Part shown: one piece after another, positions 14,201 to 26,200 of the stretch
Numbering within the stretch: the stretch's first letter is position 1
How the letters are laid out: the number at the start of each line of letters is the position of its first letter
Source: Antedon mediterranea
Lineage: Eukaryota; Animalia; Echinodermata
Length of the DNA stretch: 64,000 nucleotides
Reading direction: 5' to 3'
NCBI RefSeq assembly: GCF_964355755.1
Contig: NC_092674.1
Span: 16,740,001 to 16,804,000 of the forward strand
Translations under genes and position numbers: made by a program
The notes under the pieces: generated by a model
Told to the model about the DNA's origin: nothing
Seen by the model: only the letters and a program-made list of their open reading frames with translations
The model's database searches: none

Positions 14201-17200
14201 AGCACATTAAAATTGAGAGGATAAGATGGACATCATAATTTATTATTAAGGGGAAAAACAGCAAATCCTTACTGAGGGGACACTCCTATAAAGCGGACAT
14301 TAAGGGGACGGGGAACATTTAAGCTCAGTGCCAATGTTCACTCAATATATTTTCCATCACAAAATAACAAAAAAGACGAAATATTTATATCCATTTATCG
14401 TTATTAAATAAAAATGGATATCATGATAATTATGATACTTTGTTTGTCTTGAAAGTTTTCATTGGTGAAACGTTGCCTGCTACATTTTGAATTTCCGAGT
14501 CCAGATCAGTATTGGTATTGGTTTTCCGTGATCTATTCTAACTAATGAAACAATTTTTAGAAAATGATATATCTGATAGATATCATCTAAGTGATGTTTT
14601 ACATATAAGTTATAACGTTTAACTTTTCATTCTCCATACATTCAATTCTTTTAATATAGTTCTTGTATAACATCAAGTAGTAGTAGAAATTATTGTAGGG
14701 TTTTCTTATTATTCAGTCAATTCAGTGTTTCTATACAGAAAAGAGTAGTCAGTGGCCTTAACATCAATTAATTGTATAATTTGCACACAAGGTCGAATAG
14801 CAAGAAACTCAGGTCCAGTTACATTGGTGTTCATTGGTCAATAGGAAATGAACAGCACACTTATGGGTGGTGACAAAGTTTAGTTATTGATAAGTTGTCC
14901 TTGGGAAAAACACATTAGTTGGGTTGACCATGGGCTGACAGAGTTAACGACTTCGTAACGCTATCCGGGGCTCCTGTGCCTAATGGCCACGGATTACCTT
15001 AACGCTGTCAGTCTGATCTGAGTGTTTTAACGCCACGGATTACCTTAACGCTGTCAGTCTGATCTGAGTGTTTTAATTCCACGGATTACCTTAACGCTGT
15101 CAGTCTGAACATACCCTATTCTATTCTATTTTTACTAAAATATAATTATTGAAAAATTGTATTTTTTGATTAAAATTTTAAAATATTACAATTTTCACGC
15201 AAAAACTATACCATGTTTGCATGTAAACGTATCATGTTTGCTACCATTAGATAGATAATTTAAATTGCTATTATATACTGTAAAGCCCAAAATGTTCACG
15301 ACTTTCGCGATTGAACAACGAGCACGAAAATAGCGAAATTCCCAACGATGTTGTTTACAGTCAATCAGGCTTAGTTAGCTAGGCCTAGCCTTGCTAGAGG
15401 CTTAAAATATGGACAAAATAGATTTAAAATAGTTACGATAAACTTCTAATTGTGTATTCTTTGAAACATTTACAAAAAACCCTGATTATTATTTATATTG
15501 TTTGTTTAGGTGTAATTAAAACATTAAAATAAATTGCAACCGACCGAATATGCTAGCTAAGCCTAGGCTGCCTCGCTCAAAACAATGATGAAATTCCTGC
15601 CGTGGGAGGATTGATCGCTAAAATAATTGTTCGAATTGGAATAAAAAAGCTTACAACATTTCTTAGGTAATTTTTGTGAAATGTATAGTGTATTGCTTGA
15701 CGAATCCTTTGTCCATTAAATAAAATAATAAGTTGTAATGTGTGCATAAACCTAGCTTGTGGTGCAGCAAACGCCAAAAATACCATCACCATGCTCTCCA
15801 CAACCACCATCTGGCCGGTGTCGCGTCCGTTCGTTGTTTTGTAGAAACAACAATAATTTGGTAGAGTACATTAATTATGGGGGTGTTAACTATTTAAGAG
15901 CCTATTAAACATGTGCGTCACAGACTGTAGCCAAAACATATATTTATTTACATCCCTAAATTTACAATCACGTATTCTGTAAATTTACTCTTGACACTAT
16001 TCAATTGTTGTTTTTGACGTTCATCGCGGAGGCGAAATACATTCGCCAATTTGGTGCAACAAATTACACAAGAAAATCAAATCAAGAAAATAAAAGGTCG
16101 CGAAATAGTTGAAAATGTAAAATCATGAAAATTTAGGGCCACGAAAATGTTGGGCTTTACATTATTTTATTTGGTAAACCAGTCATAACTTATATCTAAA
16201 AAAGTTATATAATACCAAATTTGACCTCTAATGACCCCTAAATTATATGTTCCACTAACCAGATTTTGGTAAATTTTGAAAAGACCTTGGTACTGAATCA
16301 GATAAAGGCTTAACCAATGACCACATTTACCTGCATGAATGTCAATAGAATCAACTAGATCATGTAAAAACATATTAATACTAGACAAACCTTAAGTGTC
16401 ATTAAGTTGATCCTCACCATTTGTAATTTCTGTGTTTAAATCAAACTTCAAATTAGTTCAAAAAGAAGAATCCAGTTCATATATCATATAAGCAATAACA
16501 TGTTCGGCTTTATTTGCTTGCCTTCTCAGCAGAGTCTTTTTGCAGATTTGCTGTATTGAACAATATAAATGCTCAAAATAGAAAAAATCTGTATTTGTAC
16601 TCTTGCGGTATTTCGTTTACAATTCTTTCTGTTATACATATTTTCCATAGTTTGTTGCCAACTCTTCAGCAGTACCCCCAGCACCTGTATACAGATATTC
16701 ATTTGTACTCTATACATGATCTGTTGAAGGTAAAGACTGGAGAGTTAGCAGATGAGTTACACGTTTTAGTAGAGGACATAAAACACCATGTACAACAGTG
16801 TCAGGTAAGTATTTTATGAATTAAAATCTAATAAATGGAAAGAATTTTTTTTAGGATGTTATCCCCCGAAACATGAAAAATAAAGATGAATAAAATCAAA
16901 CTTTGATTATAATATCATCGCATAAAAGACTCAGCCTATATATGTGCCAGTTCTGCGGTACATATCCATCTATATATAAATTATGGTTAATTCTGACATA
17001 GGCGAGCACAATGCAAAAACTTCTCTACAAATCTCCGCCTTGGATACCTACCTTATCTATCCGAGATGTACCGCGAAACGTAGATTTGATAACATCAAAT
17101 ATTTTCTCTCTTTTATACACAAGGGAGCAGTTAAAATAATAGATTTGACCCTAAAGGTGACTGGAAACAGGCACTTTCCATCAATCAATACAGTGTCCCT

Positions 17201-20200
17201 TTGGAAGACGAAAAAAAAATTGGCCATTAATCATAGCCATTTCAGTTTTTTGTTTATTGTAAAACATACCACACGTGTGTGAAGGTGCAGTAGTTAAATA
17301 ATAGGAATTATACTGCAAATTAATAAAGATCAAATTAAATATACGCCATAAAGAATCAGAATATATTGTGGGGAATAGTATTATAAAATTACATAGGGAG
17401 ATTTGATAAGACATTTTTCGAGTGAAATCCCGATAGCTGAGTTTTATTGAGATAGCTGAGTTTTATTGAGTAAGCTTGCAGGAATAACTGTAGGCTATCT
17501 TCCTGTGTCCCGTTAGGACCGAGATGTCTGCCCATGTTGCAAGCCGTAATGTCTTCTTTCTTGGGCCCACTCTGTCACGGCAGTTAGTTTCAAAAGATGA
17601 TTAAATTAAATAATGTATTAATAATTATTAGGATGGTATTCATTTGAATAAACGCCTCTCCAATAAAACATCACTTTGAATAATAACCCCCCCCCCCCCC
17701 CCCCCACACACAACCCAACTATCTAATAAACGTCCATTCACATATTTATAATAACACAATTATACTATTTGTAGTAGAATTCACCGCACTGTTATCTGCA
17801 ATTTACCAAGCATTTGTTATTCTTTTTTACCACTTTTCATATCTATGAGACGAAAGTTCATTTGATTATAAATGTTACCATATTATTAGAACTAAAAAAT
17901 TTAACATATATCCCTCGAATAAGCACCTCCCTCAAATGACCTCCGCCTCCCCAAAGGGCCCTACCAAACAATAAAAACTATACTTTAAAATGTTATTAAT
18001 CATCTAAAACACTGTGAAACAAAGTAGTTTAGTTTTACGAATGTCAAGCATTTTCAATAATGGTAACCGACAGAAAATGTATAAGGAGAACATTATGATT
18101 CCGAGAACCATCGTCTACACTTCCTAGAGGGGGAGCGAGCGAAGCGAGCTCACCCTCTAGTATATCCAATATACAGACAGATATAATATATATAGCCCCA
18201 TATCAAGCAGAAGGTTCCGTGTCTCAGTTGGGGCGACTTTCTCATTCTCCCAGATTTCCTCATCTTTATCATTTCAAATTAATTAAATTTCAGTATATCA
18301 CCGGGTTGTTTAGAATTAATGTTCTATGCCTGATGTGTTTATATATATAAAAGTATCTCTTTGGAGATCCTGCTTCTTGAATAAAATGAAGAAAGATGAT
18401 GGCGTATCAATTTGTTCTCTTGTGTGCATGTGTACAATTGAGGGACTAGTGCTGTTCCGCCATACCACGCCACAGGTTAAAACAAAATTAAGTTTATTAA
18501 TTCTAAATAATCCAGATATGCCAGAACCAATTGGATCAAGTTTAAATATATTTGTATAAGATATACACATTAGGCATGTTGTTAATTAGTTGGTTTATTA
18601 TTTCAAATACTGTGGTATTATAATGATTACTTGTATTATTCTGCATTAATCTGAGTACAGTACTGTATAACCTTATGTATAAATATATTTTAAAAAAATA
18701 ATATTTCTATTATTCATTCCATACATATTTATGTTTAACATAGAAGTTAAATTGCAAAATCCATTATTATTTAACAATGCAGTAGATAGCTAAGGTATAA
18801 CACCCATGCTACTCGTACGTTTATTCTTCTGTGGCAGTGGCGGGCCGGTTACATAGCTACTGCATAAAGTCTGGATTAAGTCATTGAACACAACAAGTTA
18901 TCTTGTATCTTGTCTAATTGTTGTCTTTTTATTTTTTTAACCTACCATTCTATATTAATATTTTTTAGCTCTGTCAGGCACGTGGATTTATCTGTGAACT
19001 GTGTAACAATGAGTCTGATATTATATTTCCATTTGAACTTAATAAAACTCATCAGTGTCAAGGTTGGTTTACTTTTTTATAATAGAATTTCAAACCAAAA
19101 TGCATGAGGGGTTGGCAAGGGGAGGGGAAGGTTCCGCGCCATGCTTCCTTCTAAATTTTCCTTCTAAAGTTTACGTACATTACAGCCCTTTTAGGCCTTA
19201 CGGTGAAGCTGAAAAGATTTTTCCACTTTCCTCATTAAGCATAATAATAGAACGTTCATCGATTGTCAAATTAATAATATAAGAATGAAGTTATAGAGAA
19301 GTATATTATAATATCCTCTACTGTACAAATCATTCAGACTAAGTAAATTCTTTTCTTTAAACAGAATCTCGTATTGAAACTATACAGTGTGTACTCGCTT
19401 ATTCCATTATCTACTTCAATTCAATTCAATTCAATTTCTTTATTGCTGCAAATGCTATCAAGGGCCAATATCCGCTTTGGCTAAATGATATTTTTGTCCT
19501 TTTACAAATTTTGCTGTATTTTGGTGCATTTGCAGTTCTCGATAACTAACAGACATAGAAATAAAATTGTTGTGCCAAAGTACTCTCGATATGCATTTTC
19601 ACGCTGCTGCTTTAGCCAGCTACGTCCCAAGAGGACCACTCATTCAGAAGCTGAAAGCAAGCAGCAGTTATAGTTCTAGAGGCCGACATTTTTGGTTTTT
19701 TGTAAACTAGGACAGGTCATGCTAAAATTACAAATCCCAAAGCACGTTTGGGAGAAGAGAGTCCATGAAAAAATTTGCTGATAATACAGTATTATATAGA
19801 TGTATGTAGACAGTAATCTGTAAAATCTTGAAAATAATAAATAATGAATTCTTGCTGTTAACCTAGGCCAGTATCTATGTATAAATTTACGTAAGGGAAA
19901 AATTCGGTAAATCGCGCGTTATTTCTAGAATGTTTACTCGATGGTATATAAAGTTGATCCGTACTTTCGATACTGATTTTAACCACCTGATGTAACCCTG
20001 TTTACTAATTAAATTGAGTTCGATAATTAGTTATTGACAATTAAAACGAATTTAGGTTCATCGGTTTGCCCCAAATAGGGGTGTTTTCCGATCGTGGTAT
20101 ACACTGTCTAATGCATGTCCATCTTGAAAAATACCCACATACAATAATACGAGGATACTTCGCATTTTCCTATCTCCTCCTACGATAATTGTTTTTAATG

Positions 20201-23200
20201 GCTGAAAACCGGTTGAACAGCTCGAGTACAGCATCATAATGTTGAAGACAGGCCGATTTTCTTTAAAAAATGCTATTTTGGTAGATTTACTGTAATATAC
20301 GTTTATACAAATGTGTTGATTTGCAATTATGAATGGAACATTCCAAATTATTTGGTTTAACCATGCATGCACAGGGAAAATTTTCATTTAAAAATTTTGT
20401 TTAGCAATATTGCTAATAAAACTGATTTTTAAGTCGAGAAACATAGTTTTGTATTGTATTTTTTGCTACACAATTTTCAAAATGTGTAGCAATGAGGTTG
20501 TTTTGTATAGCTTTTTGCTACGCTACACTGGCGAAAATGTTCTCTGATGCATACCTCCATGGTTTAACACAAGTAGGTAAATTTATGGGCCTTTGGAGAA
20601 TAAACATAAATAGTATTGTAATGCTATACAATACTGTAAATAGGTATTAACCACTTTTGATCGCCATTTGAATCGCAAATTTCTTATTGTGTGTGTTGGT
20701 ACTGTTAGATATAATAATAAACTTTATTACTGTGAGTGTGGGTAGCCCCTACTTTTAGATTATAAACACATAATAATATAATACTTTATTACTGACAGTT
20801 GCTTCTCAATGTTTGTATTAATTAATGATTGAAAAAAATATAAACGTCGTAGTGGTGTATCATTACATGTACTTTACTATTTCAATCGACAATGAAAGTG
20901 ACAGTTTTAACAAAGTATTAAATCGGAAATGTTTTACTCTATTTAGTGGTATATTATTTATAGGCCTATAAAAAAAAAATTTCGTTACTGAGTGGATAAT
21001 AAAGAAATATAAAGAATAATTTAATATAAAGAATATATTTAAAAATTGTTCCTCCGTACCTATCCTCATCCTCATCCCCAACCCTCAACCCTAATGTTAG
21101 ATACAAAACACAAATTGGGTTTGTTTAAAGATGTATTGTCCCTGTGACTAATTCCAAAAAAATAAAAAATAAAAGATTTCGAAAAAAGGTGGGTCATTTT
21201 GAAGTATCATAATAGTTATTAACTATCACCAAAAATTTTTCGGGGAAAAAAATCATTTAACTGAAATACAGACGTTTTTTTTGTTTAAAAAATAACTTTG
21301 ACTTCCAGTCAAAGTTTTCGATCAAAACATATCTCATAATGCAACACGCTTGTATTGGCTACTCTGTATGCATAATCATAAAACTTCCTCACGATCTGTG
21401 TGAAAATACCTTCTCAACCGTGACGAGTTGTAAACAATCCTAATTAGCATCATGCATAATTCGTACTCATGGTTTAAAATCTTTGTTTACTTTCGCTCGC
21501 AAACGATTTTCCAGACGAAATGTAATCAAACTAATTTACCTGTTAATTACGTAAACTTGTTGTTTTTGGCTCGAATTTTCAACTTAAAGTGAATAACTTT
21601 AATATTACTTTGATATGGCCAATTTAAATTTAGAATATTTTGATCTTCATTTTTTTGTGTTCAAGGGACAGTACATCTTTAAATGAGTCCAAATCAAAAA
21701 TTTGGACTCATTTTGTGACCAGTTTCGCTTTCGGAAGTAATTCCCAGGGTGCTAATTTTGGTTGACTACATAAATCATTGTGTCTATTTATTTGTTTCTG
21801 TAAACGACAATATTTTATAGTCCTGCGGTACGTACATTTGAAATCGCCAGTTTTTTTTCGCTGAAATGTATTCGAGAACCATCTGTGGGCACGACCTAGA
21901 TGGTACGCGAGCGAAGCGAGCGTACCATCTAGTTATAATAATTCACTGTCAAATAATCAAAACATTATTTCTGGTATTTACAATGAATCCCATTTGACTG
22001 TCAATCTAGACCGATATTATAATACTGTAATCGCTGTCAGATAATCATTGAATTATTATAAAAAAAGTACACATAGTAAAGTTTTGTTTGTAATAGGATA
22101 CTTCACACTTGAAGTATCTAGGCTTGATGAAGTGACCCCTAGACTTGACCTTAGCAAAAAATAAACTAAAGTGACAGAAATTGAGTTTGTTTCATATTAA
22201 AGTATGAATTCTTGTTGTATTTTACTTCAAATACAAAAGTTATTCACTTCTGTAACAAAAAAATAATATTTATTCACAAGAAACGTTTAATTATAACCTA
22301 AAAACCATTGTCTGACAGACAATTTAAGTATTTTTTGCTTTAAATTAAATTTTTTCAGGTAAATAATTGTTTGGTTAACGTAAATAACTATTATGTGACA
22401 CTAAAATGACACATTCAAAAACAAATTTGAAATAAAAAATATTTTTCAGGGGGACAATATATCTTTAAAACTATTACGCAACAAGCGAGCAGCGTTTATT
22501 GTAAGAAATATTTTTTGTTATATTCACTCTAATGGTAGTTTCTTGTGAAAAATGACCGGGAGTAGGACTTTTGACCTATGACCTCACTTTTAAAGATGTC
22601 ATTTTCTCAAAACCAGTTGTCATAGAAACCTGGTTTTAGTCTCACAAGCAATCCGGACCAGGACCACTTTTTTTTATTTTACTTAGGCTGTACGTCCATT
22701 GAAATATAAAAAATATTTTTGAAAAATAATAATTAAAAAAATTAAATAATAAAAAAAGGTCCACAGTAGGATTTGAACCATGGATCTCAACAATTAGCCT
22801 AATCACATGTAGCACTAAAGACACAAAAATAAAAAATATATATTTTCCGGAGACGGAAGATGCACTCACAGAGTTGTTGTTGACTGTTAATAGCTTCTGC
22901 TGAAATGTAAAATAACAGTTAATTTAAAACAATAACAAATAACAATTTACACACAGACTGCATTGATTTTAAAGTTAAATCATTACCCAAAATTACTTTG
23001 AATGGTAATGAACATTTAAATGTATTATTCTTCATTTTAGAATGCTGGGCATGTTATCATGTAGTATGTTTTCAAACAACCAAAGATTGTAAAAAATGTG
23101 AGCGGATAAAGGCAAGGTAAGATTAGAGTAATAATGCATACTATATCATATATAATGATGCATACTAAAGATTCATAGAGAAACAAATTTTGTGTACCCT

Positions 23201-26200
23201 AGATATTACTGGATTTTTACTAACGAATGTTTTACTTCAAAACATTTCTTGACGTTATACACAAGAATGCGAAAGGTATGACAGGGAAATAAGTTATGAA
23301 ACACCATAGATCCTCTGACGTATTTGTATGGATTGATAAATTACACAATGTGAACATTACAATGAAAATTACATGAATTACGTTTTATACAATGCCTCTA
23401 AGAAATGCAATTTGTTAAATTGAAAGTGCAGTAAAATTTGAATCATTACAGTGAAACAAATTCTCTGTGCCTATTGGTCAAATAACAAAATAGGCATTGT
23501 TTGCTTAATACAGGATTGGTTGGTTGACCATACATATTGTGGACATAAATCAGATTCCAAATAGACTGGACTGTACAAACATGGTTTCCCAATTTGTAGA
23601 AAAATGATGCCAGATTTAGGGTAAAAGGATTCCAGATATTAAATCAAATTATGCCAGATTTGTTAGCATCCTGATATCCAGATAGAACAAAATTATGCCA
23701 GATTTGGCCAAAGTATTGGCCATGTGATCCAAAATGACCAATCCAAAAGAATAATGCAGTCAAATCTCTCAATACCAAACTATTTGAAAACCAGAAACTC
23801 TATACCAAAAGGTCCCAAATTCATTTTTATCATCAAAACTACATTCCGATTACCATAATTTCGGATTTTTCATTTTGGATGACATGACAAATATTTGCTG
23901 CGATGTTCTGAGGTTTTGTTTAAGTGCATACATGGAGGAAATCAATAAATAGTTTGACTTATAATTGTATAATACTTATACATAAATTATATACAAAATA
24001 TTAAAAAATTTCTGAATTCATCATTTGTCGGGTTATGGCCCGCCTATAAAAATATATATGAAAATTAAGCAAATTTATTAGTTATCTGCACTTTGGCGGA
24101 TAACTCCTTGTAATTGTATGAGATCATCTTCTTTCTTTTTTTTCTGTATTATTCTTCTTTCTTTACACCCTTTTTTGTGCATACATCTCTAAAACGTCAC
24201 AATATTTCATAACTTTGTAAACATATCGACATTTACATGAATTGTGCACCTCCAATTTTTAAATGATGTCACAACTTGCAGCAACATGACTTACGCACGA
24301 TTTTATGGATTTTATTGATTCATCATAGATTAAAAACCAAATATCATTTTTTATTGACACTTGCTGAGAATTTAATTCATATCAAGTGTCAACTTTGTGT
24401 GGAGTGAAAATGGCGTGTTTCACACAAAGTTAAGCGCGCACACGCATTTAAAATCATTTCAAATCAACTTTCTATATGTTTCAGGACTTTTTGAGCATTT
24501 GAAAATGTTCATATTTTTTGTGTGTTTCGCGCGCATGCTTGCGGACAACTCGTACACTCATAGTTTTTGCAATTAATTTTTGTTCATCTTCATTCATTTT
24601 ATGAACTTTAATTGCAGAATAACGATGCATGTGCACGTTAAACTTTAAAAACTGTGCTCATAAAAATTGCTAATTCAATGCAAATTTATGAAAAATATGC
24701 CTATGAATGGTGACCCACCATTTTTTCAAATTATTATGAAAGCTAATGAGTAGTAGATATGAATTAATGTAATATTGTTACTTGACAACTGTTCTGACGT
24801 CAACATATGGCCACTCAAATGAAAAAAATTGGATTTTTGTCTATTTTGTCATAGTTTATCATATTCAAAATAGCGCGTCTTGCTTATCCGTTCTCTCAGA
24901 TTATCATATGTTCTGTCTAAATCAATTATCTTGCTTATAAAAAAATATTTTAATTTTTATGACGTTATCATGTCAAAACATTGGAATAACTTGGGGTCAC
25001 TTAATTTCATATATACAGTAAATTTAAATCTGTTATAATTACTCAGAATAAAATGTGACCTTTGTGGTTAAAACGTATTATCAAAGCTGTTGAATTGTAG
25101 ATATGAATTCATGTAACAATTTTGAGTTCAAACCCTCCCACTTACCACCCCCACCACCCCAGTGTACATTTCAGTTTCAATTATTGATTAATTTTTGGAT
25201 ACAATTAATCGTGGTTGGTCCATCAAAGGCTCCACTTTTTGGTTATCCGCACTTGGCGGATAATCCCTTGTATTTGTCAGGATCTTTTTTTTTCCTTCAT
25301 CTTTCTTATTTTTCTTTCTTCCACAAATGTTGTTGCACGCATATCTCTCATTCTATCACCGGTTAAATCTAAAAATCAAAACTAGACCACATTGTAATTA
25401 CAGATAATTACATTACATCATTTATTTTGGACACTGTTTGTGTCCATAAGCAGCTGTAGTTTTATTTTCTATAGTTCTATAACTTAATTCATATTCATAT
25501 TTTATCATTAAAATGTTTTAATCTGCCGACTGATTGACATACTTCAACATGCACCTCTCATGCACGTTGTCACTTTCATATCCAGTATTGCGCTTTTATA
25601 CAGAACGGATTATTACAGAAGTACAAATAGCTAACAAATCTCCCACACAAAAAAATTGTAAAAATAATATCAAAACCATTGAATTAAAAATAAAATGTAA
25701 ATGAATAAAAATGAACAAACACAAACAAAAATGATTCCAAATGGTTTTATATATTGTTGAACATGAAAACAACTTAACAATTTGTGTTTCAACAGCAATG
25801 TATTTTTTTTATGTTAAACTTCGTAATTTCATCTATGCTACACACTGTATATAACATATATAGTGTATTCTGTAAATACTGTAAGTAATATGCTGTATGA
25901 CACAAAACAGGTACAATTCAGCACTGTAAACATATTTAATAACTAGTTCTATATAACGGTGTTACGTTCTCACAGAATGCCCATCTTGCATTACGGGGAA
26001 TATTCCTAGTAATATTACTAGGTCTAAACAGGGAAGAAATTTAACTCTTCCCTGGTCTAAAGCAGGTCATGTCGATGCCGGCATGATGCCAAGACGACCT
26101 GTTTTCACAGAAAACCATACCTGCATGGTAATGGTATATTCCCGCAACATTCCTGGCACACAGCTCTGTGAGAAAGGGCTAATCTGTTATAGCTCCTCGG

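Larger units (their letters stand above)
11452..14985. mobile_element. TIR element with CATTAG termini (32-bp TIR)
   Basis: CATTAGGCGCAGGAGCCCCGGATAGCGTTACG versus the reverse complement at 14954-14985, 1 mismatch; interrupts the PIF subterminal repeat. Confidence 0.7.
10929..15117. mobile_element. PIF/Harbinger-like element with nested insertions
   Basis: TIR AGGGTATGTTCAGACT(C/G)ACAGCGTTAAGG at both ends; three ~44-bp tandem subterminal repeats at 14986-15117; TSD not clean. Confidence 0.6.

Noticed and set aside
20372-20546. Small hAT-like insert in the Helitron
   Set aside because: TIRs are short and imperfect and the TSD does not match cleanly.
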